From contig CDPCPM010000335.1 of the NCBI GenBank assembly GCA_976551045.1, positions 3,286,001 to 3,350,000 on the forward strand: DNA of 64,000 nucleotides. Reading direction: 5' to 3'. This stretch comes from Glaucostegus cemiculus (Eukaryota). Under the pieces are notes generated by a model. The model saw only the letters and a program-made list of their open reading frames with translations. It searched no databases and was not told where the DNA came from. The translations under genes and the position numbers were made by a program. Within the stretch, counting starts at the first letter, position 1. Each line of letters starts with the position of its first letter. This document shows, piece after piece, positions 51,590 through 64,000 of the stretch.

Positions 51590-52440
51590 CCTGCACCATT
51601 AGCTTCAGTGGCCTAAGCCCTAATCTCCATCTTTCTGTCCCTGAACTTCTCTACGGCTTCCACTCTTAAGATAGAGTTAAAGAGCCGTAAAGCACAGAAA
51701 CAAATTCTTTACCCCATCATGTCCACACTGACCATCAAGTCATAGCTCTACTAATCCCACTTACCCAGCACTTAGTCCATAACTTACCATGCCTTGGTGA
51801 TTCAAGTACTTCTTGAATATTATGAGAGTACCTGCCTCGAACACCTTCTCAGGCAGTGTGTTCCAGATTGCAATCGGTGTCAAGGTGAAAAAAATTCTTC
51901 CTCTGAATCCCTTATTTTTCCCATGAAAATTATGCCCTTTGGTCTTAGCTACCTCTGCCATAGTGAAGGATTTCTTACTATCTGTACCCCTCATAATATT
52001 GTGTTTATCAAGTCACCTCTCAGCATCCTCTGCTCTAAAGCCAGCTTATCCAGTGTCCCTCCTCATAGCTGAAAACATTCCATCTCAGGCAACATCCTGG
52101 TGTATCTCCTCTGCACCCTCTAGTGAGGTCATGGCCTTCCTATAGTGTGGTAACCACAATAGCATGCAATATTGCAACTTCAGCCTAAATAAAGTTTCAT
52201 GAAATTATTCCAAGACGTCCCTGTTCTTATACACTTTGGCCCAGTTAATGAAGCGTCTCATATGCCTTCTTCATCACCTTAGCAACTTGTGGTGCCCCTT
52301 CAGGGATCTTTCTTAGGACATACTTCTTGCTTTTGACACCAGTCTTACTAGTTCTTCAAACTTTGCTTGACAAATCTCCTTTGAAATGCTTTGCAATATT
52401 TTACTGCATTAAAGATGTTCTATAAGTGTTAGTTTCTGTC
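51590..52440 (+). mobile_element. L2 3' end split by a CR1 insertion
   Basis: The left piece (ttcagtggcctaagccct...ccactcttaaga) and right piece (tcttaggacatacttcttgcttttgacacc...tgaaatgctttgcaatattttactgcattaaagatgttctataagt) join into an L2 3' end. Confidence 0.65.
51672..52310 (-). mobile_element. CR1 3' fragment
   Basis: KTKGHNF...IFFT...IWNTLPEKVFEAGTLIIFKKYL. Flanked by tcttaaga/tcttagga. Confidence 0.85.
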
Positions 52441-55400
52441 TTTCAGATTTTGATAAGTGGTGTGAAGGGGTAGTAAACTGCTTTGACTTCACAACTGCTA
52501 AATGCCAATTTAAGATTCCAGAGATTTATGTTGGTTATATAATTTAAGATTGACTGGATGAAATCAATCCTTTGACAGCATATTCACTGAATTCAAGGCT
52601 TTGTTAAAACTATGTGAATGTATAGACTACGTCCTGTTAAAGACTGCACTTGAAAAATCTGATCACCAAGTCTGAATAACTTTAAGGATAGAAAAATAAT
52701 ATATGAAATAGAAGAGTACCCAAAGGCAAAATATTACAACTGTAAAGTCACCACCAAATTGTTCATTAGCTATTTAGTTCATGCAATCAAGGTTGAAGTA
52801 TATATCCCACAGGTTCTTAAGTAGATACCATTAACCTATACAGATCGGACATGTCACTGCCTTCAGAGTGAAGCCAACAAAATAGGGTCCTTCTTGGAAG
52901 AATTCCTGCTGGAGGCTTGTCTAAATGTCAGCTCAAATTTCAAACTGAGCATTAAGTGATCACTAACATTAATAGAAATCCAAAGTTGCTATAGAAAATG
53001 TGTTGTAAGTTTGAAGCTTATAAATCCCAAAATGGATTTCAAATGTCGTCTCCAAATTTACAGGTGTTGAAGAAACAGCGGGGCATTTTAGTCATGTAAT
53101 AGAATATTACATGAATATTTTTTGAGACAACATTTTAAGTCACTCTCTAGAAACTGGAATGGATGGGCTATTTTCTGTATAAAAGATAACAAGTTGTTCA
53201 GTAGGCAATTGTGTGGCAATATCCATTCTAACTAAACTCCTTGAAGTAGTTGCTAGGACACGGGGATGTCCTCATGTTCATTACAAGTATCATTGGAACA
53301 CTCATAATTCAACCATTTCATAATTTTGTCTAGGTCTGCAAAACAAAGTTAAGGGAGAAAAATATATTCATTCAAGATTTTCCAGGATCCACCTGTAAAA
53401 TCAGGAAAATTGGTAGTACTTATAAAACTTCTCAAATTCTGAATAGTATGTTTAAGAGCTAAAGTACCAGGATCATCTGACAACCATCACTGAACAGTAC
53501 AAGTGCTAAAATGTTTTGGATCATTTCTCCAAATAATTAACTGGATAAAATATGTTGGTCCCCAACGCCAGCCAGCTGAAGGCAGATCATCCAGTTCATT
53601 TTTCTAGTGTGCTTCTTAAGTGATTCAATTAGGCTACCATTATGTTGTCCCTAAAATACTAATGTAAAAAAGTTTGAAATGGTAAAAGAATACTTGGCCT
53701 TGGGGCTCTTTTCATCACTATTATATTCATGTGGTCCTTCCTCTCATCGTAAACGATGAAATATATTTTCTATTAATTCCACTGACCTGAAATTAATCCA
53801 AGTGCTGGTTGGTTCAGATTGAAAATGGATTGACTTATTTCAAAATGAGTCCCAGGTGAAAGTATAGCTGGATTATCTGAAGCAGTTACTTGGCTGGACT
53901 AAATCCAAAACCCATGAAATTAGTTCTCTCGCAATTATAGAATTTGGGCATGTTTTTACTTAAAGTATGTTCCCCATTGAAGAACATTATTCCAGCATAA
54001 AAATGATCACTCTAGTAGGTAACTGTAACATATTATCATTTTATATGCAATTAGAATAAATTTATAATTGGTCAATTCAAATCAGTCCCCCCTTTGAAAT
54101 ATCTGTCATTTTTAGGGGCACTACTTAAGATTTCTCTAAACTGTGAAAACAAACTTTAGCTAAGTTGTTTACAATATTGTGTCATCATCTTTATTACTTT
54201 GTTTAAGTATTGAATGAATACATCATTGAAATCTATGGCTCACTGTTGAGACAAAATGAAATTATTACACGTCTTCCTTCAAGTGCCCCTAACATGCAAC
54301 TCAATCAAATGTTTTGTACTTTAGTCATGATGAAAAATTATCAACCTGAAATTTGTTCTCCTTCTACAGGTAATGTCTGACTTGCTGATTGTTTTTGTTA
54401 ATTTTTGTTTATATTTCAGGTTGCCAAGAATTTTGCTTTGGTTTTGCATCTTGATCTGGGGGAAGTAAATAAATCCAAGCAATTTTTGTGCTACAGTGAT
54501 ATAATCGCTCAATGGAAGAGAGTGGGTTAAATATCCGAGAAAAGTTTAAGTCAAGAAGGAACAAGGAAAGCATATTTAACCTTTTAAGTCAACTCCTACA
54601 AACTGCGCATCATCTTTTCTACTTTAGGCACTACATCATCTATTTAATTTCCTCAGGGAAAGTTCCTCATAAATAATCTCTAATCCCCAAATATAATCAA
54701 GTCACACTCTAGAATCGTCCATTCCCAATTACAGTCATTCAGCCATAGCCAGTTACTTTCCATAGATCACGTACCTCCTCTCATTCCCATAGATGAGGAG
54801 ACATTAATCCCCATTGGTAAAATAAGAACTATTTATTACAGTTTATACCGTTCCCTCTTTGAAAAAAACATCTGAGTGGAAAGCTTAAATATTAATTTTC
54901 TTGCATTGACGTTAACCTAACCAGCTTCTTTATAACCTGAAGCAATTGGATGACCTGCTATCCATATCACTCATTTTACTTTCCAGGGACTTCAACAGAG
55001 CTTGATATTTTTGAAGAGGGAAAGTGAATGTTGCTTCATTATTTAAAGAGCAGCACAAAAAGGAAAAGAGTGAGGATAACTCTCAAAAGGTCCAATGGTA
55101 ATATTTGCCAATGCAATTCAGTGCAGTTGGACATCACTCCACTTATAGTCTGCAGGTAGTAACCTCATTTAGATTGCAATTTATGAGAAACAAAGGATAC
55201 TGTTGCTTTAAGTTTTTTTTGTTAAAGGAGAAGACAGGGCACAAAGGGTTAATTGACCCAGCTCTCTCAACTCATATAACATAGGACAGGGGAACATAGG
55301 AGTTAGTGCAATGGAAAGAAATACAGTGTGTTGAAGACAGGGTGGTCAGAGGATAGAAGAAAATTGCTGATCTTGAAGACAGTCAAGAGCTTTATCATCT

Positions 55401-56429
55401 CTTCCTTTTTTATTCGGCACTGTATGTCCACAAACTAGATCATCAAAGTCTTAGGTTACATAAATTTAGATTCTCAACAACACATCCTAATGTCTACTTT
55501 TTTTCCTGATATGTGATTGGGATAGAATTAGTGGCATCAGCATAAGCAGTATCTACACAAGATAAGATTTTGGAAACACTACTCAGCAAGAGACAGATAT
55601 TGATCTATTTTTGACGAGGTGTAGTGCAATTAAAAGAATTATGTCAAGGATTGAATTGGTGAAGGGTGAAACAGATTTGAGTGAGGAACAGAAAAAAAAA
55701 ACTGGAAGTAGGACAGTGAATATTAAGTACTTGTTTCAAACCAAACAGAAAAATATTAACAAAACTACAAATAAATATGTTCAAAGTCCACTGATTTGGG
55801 GCTTAATTGGGAAAGAACAGCACTAATTTAACCAGCGACCTGAGCTTCCACTGGGATTTCTTCTGGTGTTTGGGGAGGGACTGTTGGATCATCTGTATGT
55901 ACCCACAAGAGCACATTAGTGTTGTTACTCCCATTTCCTGCACCCCTGCCATCTCAGTAGTTGGGTGGATAATTTCCAGTCAATACACCTGATGAATCAA
56001 GAGTTGCCAGATCAACAAATAGCAGAGAGAATCCAGACTATGATCTGAGATGAGAGGGTGGAGTTTTAAGAGACACACTCTATTGGCCGTTGCATATAGA
56101 AGTGCAGGAGCCCTTGTTCGTTCCTGGGAGAGGATAAACCAGCACTGGCAACTATGGGAGCAGTCTTCAAGCTCCTCAGTCAGCAAATTCCCAGATACAT
56201 CTCCAGTGGCAGAGTGCCATCAATGCAATCTTATTGGGTAAACTTTCCTCTAACATTGTAACTCTTCCAGGTGGGTGCATTGGAAGGTGCTTGCCAGGAT
56301 ATCACCACCATGGATTTTTGACCTTGAATCTTTATAGTAGTAAATTATATTTTGATAATATAAAGGTAATTTGAAACGGTTGAATTTAACCATAATCTGT
56401 GTACATCTTTTTCTCATCTAAAACCTACT

Positions 56430-56620
56430 AATCCACCACCTAGAGGAATAGAATCAACAGGTAAATGGGAAAACCATTCCTTCACTCAGATATTTTATTG
56501 CTTCACACTCAGACACATTAGGATCACCTACTCCATATGAGTTGAAACACTTCAACTTTTCAAGAGCAACCAAGGAGGGCTAATAAATACTGGCCCCATC
56601 ATAGCTATTCGCAAATTGAA
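56430..56620 (+). mobile_element. Old CR1-clade 3' end, degenerate
   Basis: cttttcaagagcaaccaaggagggctaataaatactggcc resembles 27920-27970. Confidence 0.5.
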
Positions 56621-56636
56621 AAATGTATGCAAACAA

Positions 56637-57520
56637 CTTAAGAGTTAGAGTTGTGCATCACAAGAATAAGCTCTTCAGCCCACCATGCTGACCACTGTAT
56701 TTATCCATGCCAGTTCCATTTATGCACATTTGGTCCATTGCCTTCTTTACTTTGGTGATTCAAGTGCTTGTGTAGATGCCTCTTCAATGTTGTAAGAGTA
56801 TCTGTCTACACAACCTCCTCAGGAAGTGTGTTCCAGATTCCAGCCACTCTGTGTGAAAAGATTTCCTCCTCAGATCCCCTCCAAGCCTTATACCTCTCAC
56901 CTTAGACCCATGCCATCTTATAGACACATCCACCGCGGGATTAAGATTCTCACCATATCTTTCTCCTTCACAATTTTGTATACTGCTGTCAAGTTATCCC
57001 TCAGCCTCCTCCACTCCAGGGAAAATAAACCTTGTCCATCTAGTTTCTCCTTATCATAATCCTTCAATCCAGGCAATATCCCTGTGAGTCTCCTCTGTAC
57101 CTTCTGGAGTGCAATCACATCCTTCCCTATAGTGTGGCAATCAGATCTGCACACAATACTCTCAAAGTGTGGCCTAACCTGTGTTTTATAAAGTCATAAC
57201 ATTATGTCCCTGTTTTTGTTTTATACCATGAGTGATGAAGGCAAACATCCCACATGCCTTCTTCACCACCCTATTTACCTGTGCTGCCACTTTTGGGGAT
57301 CTATGGACTTGTACACTACAGTCTGTCTTCTCATCAACACACCCCAGGGCTCTATCATTTACTGTGTATGGCTACCCTTATCTGATCTCCTAACATGTAT
57401 CACCTCACACCTGTCAGGATTAAATTCCATCTACCACTGTTCCACCCAACTTTCCAGTTGATCAATAATATGTTGTAGTGTAAGACAATCTTTCTTACTG
57501 TCTGCAACACGACAAACAAG
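56637..57520 (-). mobile_element. CR1 3' fragment
   Basis: LQHIIDQLESWVEQW and KDVIALQKVQRRLTGILPGL...GLFSLEWRRLRDNL. Confidence 0.88.
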
Positions 57521-57999
57521 TGCATCCATCTGTGTGTATTGAAATTTAAAAAAGCTGCAGTTGCTGGAAAGCTGAAATAACAAGTTACTGAAAATAATAC
57601 ATTTCACAACCACAGAAATCTTTACAGATGTTGCAATTGTACAACCAGAAAATTTATGTTACCTAATGCATAAATGCTCTAATGTTCCATTGGTTATTAT
57701 ATCACACTTACCAATCCAAGATCTAAATGTGTACAGATATTTAAAAAATAAATATGCATTCCAGGTTCATGGCAGAACATCTTTAAGAATTCAGCAGAAA
57801 TTTTAATTAATTTAAAATCTGACTTTGTTTTTCTATTTGAATAAAAATCCGAATTGACCCAAATTAATATATTAGTATGAGGTTAATTTGAAGTAACATC
57901 CAATATGTTAGTCTGTATTTAGACTTGCTTGTGAATTAGTTTGTTCAACGATATTCTCTCTCAAAGAAATCCAGACCATGATATCTCACTGCATTGACA

Positions 58000-58495
58000 T
58001 TAGTTAGTCCGTACTTAGAGTATTGTGTACAGTAAAGGAAGGATATGGGGGCAATAGAGAGACTACAGAAGAGGTTCACCAAGATGTTGCCTGGAAGGTA
58101 AGCGGTTGAGGGGTGACCTTATAGAAATTTATCAAATTGTGAGGGGCATAGATAGGATTGACAATCAGAATCTTTGTTGCAGGGCAATGAAGTCTAAAAT
58201 TATATGGCACAGGTTTAGGTGAGAGGGGATAAATTTAAAGAAAATCTAAGGGCTATGTTTTTCACACAAAAGGTAATTAATATTTGAGATGAGCTGCAAA
58301 AGAGGGTGGTGGAGGCAGATACTATTACAAGGTTTAAAGGACATTTGGAGAGGTACTCAGATAGAAAGGAGTAGAGGGATACAGGTGCAATGCAGGCAAA
58401 TGGGATTAGAGTAGATAGGCATCATGGTTGGCATGGACAGGTGGGCCATAAGGGCTGTTTCTGTGCTGTACATTTCTATGATGCTGTGATACTAT
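58000..58495 (+). mobile_element. CR1 3' fragment with internal deletions
   Basis: LVSPYLEYCVQ, QKRFTKMLPG, RLRGDLIEIYQIVRGIDR and FFTQKV. The tail is gggccataagggctgtttctgtgctgtacatttctatg. Confidence 0.88.
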
Positions 58496-58941
58496 GAATA
58501 ATCCTGCAACATCTTGTGTAACAGAGTAATGCGGGGGATTATCTTGCTGTATACACTATCTCCTCCATTCTAGTCCCTTCACACACCAACACAACACAAC
58601 ACAAGAGAGACTGAAAAAAACATAAAACATGCATGAGGCCATTGACCAAGAGGCACATCACAATCAACATTTTTGTACAGTCAGGGTTTCAACCAGCGTG
58701 TTTTTGCATCTTTGAAGGTAATGAACAAGTGTGTGGACTTGAACCTTAAAATTTGTTCTGGATGTTGTCAACTCTCTGGAAAAGTAGTCCATCTCAATAT
58801 TTAACGAAGTTTTCTGTTTATATAACTTACATTAACACCTGTTGATTTTGCTTATTGACCTGCCTTAAACAGTTTCTCCACATCTATTAAGTGTATTTCT
58901 TTCATTATTTTAAAGATCTCATTCAGTCTTCCATGACTATG

Positions 58942-59374
58942 GTTTTTCTGGAGTAGGAAACTTGGCTTTCTAAGGCACTGGTCTAATGGTCCTCCTTTGA
59001 ACCTTTCCCCAAAGGAAGGAGACCAAAAGTATAATACCTTTATCAAGCTTTTGCTCAGAAATGTAAAATATACCTTGTTTTATTCTTTATTACCCTGGAA
59101 AAATAATCTAGTACTACCTACTTTTGCAATAATCTAATAGCATTCAATATGAAGCTGTAATAATTTAGCAACCTTATCAGTCCCCCACACGACAGTCTTT
59201 TAGAGTATACAGGCTTTTGATCATAGCTCTACCCAAGTGCACAATGGTCCATTTATTTAAAGAGGCAGGTCTTTCATCCCACCACTACAGCTGGATCTAC
59301 TTGCAATTATATACTGCCCACCAAACCAAACTATGTCTCATTCAAGACAAGGAAAATGCTCTCCTGTAACTTTT
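58942..59374 (-). repeat. Unclassified ~430-bp repeat, copy 2 (inverted relative to 38181-38610)
   Basis: See copy 1. A small CR1 scrap (RLNEIFKIMKEIHLIDVEKLF, ~58865-58932, minus strand) abuts it. Confidence 0.92.
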
Positions 59375-60944
59375 GTCATGTTTATGGGTAAAGGTGGTGA
59401 AGAATAAAGGCTTTAAAAGTAATCATTTGATACTCCGTTGCTGACCAATCACTTAAAGGATAACTGTCAAAGCAACTACCTTGGCAATTGCTTGATTTAG
59501 CCTCACTTAGTGCCTTTTTGTATGGTACTGGCTCAAAGGAATTTTGAATATATACTTACTTGCCCACACCATTGCAATTAATAAATAACTTTCAAATTAT
59601 TTGTTAATATGTGAAATTATTTACATACATTGCAAATACATTGGAATTGCCAAATCCTTATGGATGCAGATTTAATGCTACTTGCTCTTTCACTTTTGTT
59701 ATGGATCCTGAGACCTTGTCTGCCCACTGTGTGTGCTGTTGCAACTGCACTGATTTCAGTAGACTATCAGAGTACTCCTAGACATTTTTCATGTGCTATT
59801 GGTCCAAATTGTGCTGGCGTTCAGTTATTCAGTCCTGGACTTCTTTGCATGATCTGTGGAATTATGCTGGAAAGTTACCACTTGCAATCTGCATCTGTGT
59901 AGTCCTGATGCAAAACCTGGAGCTCCATTGGGTTTGGTACGACACTGATAAAAAACTAGAGAAATTCAGTTATCTTTAGTTAAGTTACCAAAAGTTACTT
60001 TGTCTTACAATACTTCTTCAATTATTACTTTTTGCAAGATTTTACTCAACTTTATTTTTGAAATGTTCCTCATTTTTAAATTAGTTACTTCAGTTTTAAG
60101 GTCAATGACGTCTTTAATACCTGGCAATGTGCCACTCCACCTTTGATTCTTTCACAGATAATCAGAGGTTTTGGGGGATCAGGCCTCTATGCAAGCTCGT
60201 GCCACCATTCGGATGACACTGTTGGACTTAACAGTGCAGACAGCAAGCAAAATAGATCCTCACTACTTGGTCCTGATAAATGTGGATATTCAGTGACAAT
60301 GGGGAGTAATTCTGGGCAGAGGAAAGCAGGTCAGCACAACCTAGCCTTGCCTCCTATTCACTGCTATATGCTTTCCCATTGTTTTTGTTGGCCCCTGTTT
60401 ACTCCTCATTGCATCTAATGTCTTGTTTCATATCCTCATTTGCCTTAAAAAAAGCTGCAAGCGAAAGCTCATTGAAATACCGCAAACTAATGTGTTAATT
60501 ATTTTATCAACCTACATTTACTTATCTTGTTAATCATGGAAAATGCCCAAAAGAGGTTTGCAGATGAGGAATAGATGCCAGCTAGAGTACAACTGGAGAG
60601 GTGAATCAAAATCATACCGAAGAAAAGCTTTCAATAGCTGTGAAGTGTGGGTTTTGTGGATCTCCAGTGCATCCAGATAGCAAGGTGGTAAAATGCTATG
60701 CCAATGAAGGACATGCAGGAAGCCAGAATCAAAAGATCACATTTCTGCACTGAGATGCATGGCCAGAGAAGATTGAGGAAGGGAGGGCTAGGGGGATTTC
60801 GATTTTGGAGCTATGAAAGACAAAAAGTAATAAAGGAACAGTTATAGACAGGAGGCTGAGGGCAGACTCATTAGAATGATAATGGGGATTAATGATTAAA
60901 GTAACAAGGAGGGGGTCCACCAGTTTAACTTCTGTGCCCATGAG

Positions 60945-61195
60945 TTTAGAAGGTAGAATGGGTGATCAAATTAAAGTGCTTAAAATGATTCATTCATTCC
61001 ATAAACTATTTGTACTTTTGGGGGACTGAGAACAGGAGGGTATAAAATTAGAGCAAGGCCATTCTGTAACAAATCAAAATTTCCATTACACACAAAGAGT
61101 GATTAAGACTAAGAATGTGCTGCCCTGAGATACTTTGGGTGACAGATCAATGGAAATTTTCAACACAGAAATTCATTTATTCTTGTAGATGAAGG
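60945..61195 (+). mobile_element. Old CR1 3' fragment
   Basis: RMGDQIKVLKMI, KIRARPF and YTQRVIK are degenerate CR1 C-terminal motifs. Confidence 0.6.
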
Positions 61196-61506
61196 CAATG
61201 TATTTTATTTTGCAGAAGATTAGTTCATGTTTGATGGATATAGTGAAGTTGCAAATCATTTGATTTGGCCTGCAGAACCAAGCAGAGTGTAAGTTTTGAT
61301 GTTCAATGGAAAATCATTGTAACACATGCAAGACATGACGTAACTTGTAACTTGATATTGGTTGAGGACTTAAGATTTGTGAGAATAACAAGTAAAAGAA
61401 AAGGAGGAATCCAGGAAAGGAATGAGCTAGTCATGTAGAACAGAAGCAGAATGCATTAGTCACTACATTGATTGGCAGAAGTTGGTATCAGGGGAGGTAA
61501 ATGGAG

Positions 61507-61580
61507 TAGGTACTAACCGTTATTTAATGGTTAAACCATTATTTAATACCTATTAAAATAGGTATTAACCATTATTTAAT
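61507..61580. repeat. Compound direct and inverted micro-repeat
   Basis: aaccRttatttaat occurs three times, and ttaatacctatt-aa-aataggtattaa forms a perfect 12-bp stem. Confidence 0.85.
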
Positions 61581-64000
61581 TATTTGCAGAAGATTCTTGA
61601 AGACCTGATCCTGTTCCAAGTGAGGGAAGTTTAGCTAAGGTAAAACATGAAGGAGAAATGACAGGAGCATTGAATAGTTGACCAAGGAAGAGTGAAAATG
61701 CTTCATGATGTATCCTAGAGGATTTTGTTCCTGACCTTTACTGAGATAGTCTTAAACTTGAGCTGCCAAAGGTAAGTAAGAAATGATTGACCAGAGCTGG
61801 GTGCTAGCAATGCTTTCAAGGAAACCGGAAAGAAACTTTGATATTAGGACAGGGTTGTTTGAGTTTAAGAGAACAAATAGATCAAGAGTACAATTTTAAT
61901 GAGGGTAGTGGTGATGATTGTGGTTTTGAAGGCGAGAGGAAAGGAGAGCCAAATTATACTCAAAATCAAACATTAGGATTCAAGATACAATGCTATGTTT
62001 GATTGTTATTTGATTACAATTTGATTTGCAAATGAAATAACATTTATTTTCTATGTTGACCCAAAATTCATGAATAAATTCACATTAATTATTTCTGGCC
62101 CAGTGCCTAATCTGTTTTTATATAAATTAGCTTCTTTTGTTTTGCGCTTTAAATTCTATAAAAATGAACAGATAAAACATGTTCCTGCACTTGATATCTA
62201 AAAAGATTATTGATCTTAATTATATTTAGATCAAACATAAAATGTGACCAGCTAATTTAACATTTTCAGTCTCGATTTATAATCAACATTTTCCATAATT
62301 TAATATAAAATGTTAATGCTAACTTCTTGATAAATACTAATTTTGTTTCTGACTTGCTACTATGGGGTAAAAACAAAGGTTGAGATCTTGCAATAAGAAT
62401 AACAATGAGGCTACCAGCCTACACTAGAATTAAAGAATAAATTGAAATGCAATTTTTGACATTTACATTTGCCCAGATAAATGCAGATATTGGGAAGTCT
62501 TCCTTGAGAAGCCCTGCACTAACACTGAGAAACCAGTCATGAAGTGTGCAGATATGCAATGCTTTCCCACTTGATGTCCACTAAACATGGGCAAAAATAT
62601 TGCAGTTTGCCCATTACAGTCTAAATAAATATTTAATGTACTACTAATTAAACTCTCAGACACTGAAAATTAAATTTTTGCAAATATAGAGTTATTGTTG
62701 GAATACTTAATAGTATATTTTTAAACTCTTTCTTTTCATCTTGTTTTATCTTGCTCTCTTAATTATTTTTTTCCCTTTATTCTTTCTTTCACATCATGGT
62801 TTGGAATTTAATTAAATATTTTAAGTGATATTTCCTAGTTTAGGACCTATATCTCCCTTAATAATTCTACAAGGTACTTGATTAAAGAGATACACCCAAA
62901 TCCTCTTTCACTGATTTGATCACATTTTCTATTGACGACACAAATCCATGCTCATCCACATACTAAGGCTTTAATCGTCAGCCTGCACTGAGTTAATTGG
63001 TGTCACCCAGGCCAGTAGTGTCTTCTTACAGTGAGTTGCAGTTTCCCTATCTGGGAAGGGACAAGTAATATGAAGTTTTCCTAATTTGTCTCTATTACAC
63101 AGTCACAATTTTGTGCTCACTGCTATCCTTTGGTCCTGAAGATGTATTTTCCAAATTTAATGATTTTTTAAAATTAATATGATAAAGTCTGCTAAGTTAA
63201 AGTATCACATCCTTTGCAGTTTAATCATTGACAAAGGTATACTGATTGGTTGACCTGCCACGGGGATGTCACACCAAGCCTGGCCAAAACCTTCTTGCAA
63301 TGAGGATATGAGCCTAGTGGAGGTGAGCTCCCTGACCCTTAGCCTGCATTGGGAAGTTGATTTAAATTGAGGCCAGGGACTGAGGCCTACTCCAGTGGAG
63401 AAAGGCAGCAGTTCTCAAATACAGTTTCTGGGTGAATCACCCCATCACATCCAAACACGTATATTCTATGCTCAACCATGGTTATCATTTTCCAGAACTT
63501 CCTGAAAAATAACAGAATAGGGCAAGCAAGCCAATAGTTACTTTAGGTGTTTTCTGATCACCAGACTGACATTTTTTGATACTTATAAATATGTATCACA
63601 GGTTGAGGTGGTAGACTTGATTACTTACAACCAACTTCAATTTAGGCTTCTGAATAAATTCCTGGCATACATGTCAAAATTTGCAGAATTATCTGCTGGA
63701 TACTAATAAAAAGTAATTTTTCTGTTAGAATCTCATTTACTGTTTTCATTCCTGATGATTTTAAATACATGACTAGAATGAGAGAATAAGGACAATTCCT
63801 CTCTTCATCTACCAGCCCTTGTCCTCCAGTCACTCCTATTCCATCCCCTGTATTTGGTTCAAATTCAACGTGCCATATTCTGATTCGTGCCATCTCAATT
63901 CTGACTCTCTTCAATTTTCCATCATGGATCAGATGGTAGTCCCACCTGTGCCAGGAGTCTGCTTCTGCCTAGAAAGGGATCGTGCATCTCAGGGCTCAGG

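Noticed and set aside
1-64000. Strand bias of LINEs as evidence of an enclosing transcription unit
   Set aside because: My rough count is about 13 minus vs 10 plus, which is not a meaningful bias.
1-64000. CRISPR arrays, operons or other prokaryotic/viral systems
   Set aside because: No regularly spaced repeats and no gene-dense segment. All recognisable coding remnants belong to eukaryotic transposons.

Overview
AT-rich, CpG-depleted eukaryotic DNA, most likely from a cartilaginous fish (shark or ray). That assignment is inferred from the repeat set: HE1-type V-SINEs, Deu-domain SINEs, CR1, L2, Rex1/Babar and Penelope elements. I found no convincing host exon, tRNA or rRNA gene, so the window looks like a gene desert or a very large intron. 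Its content is layered transposon debris. The main pieces are a young, 5'-truncated 3.85-kb CR1 LINE nested antisense inside an older CR1, six Rex1/Babar copies, an L1 insertion with a 13-bp target-site duplication, and Harbinger transposase and Gypsy gag fossils. Features the repeats do not explain are: a diverged ~430-bp inverted repeat pair 20 kb apart with near-identical core blocks; several near-perfect short palindromes that look like template-switch scars, one forming a 24-bp hairpin; and repeat-free, homeodomain/Sox-motif-rich blocks that may be conserved enhancers. I cannot claim a new biological system from the sequence alone. Family calls come from remembered consensus motifs, and most boundaries are approximate (tens of bp).
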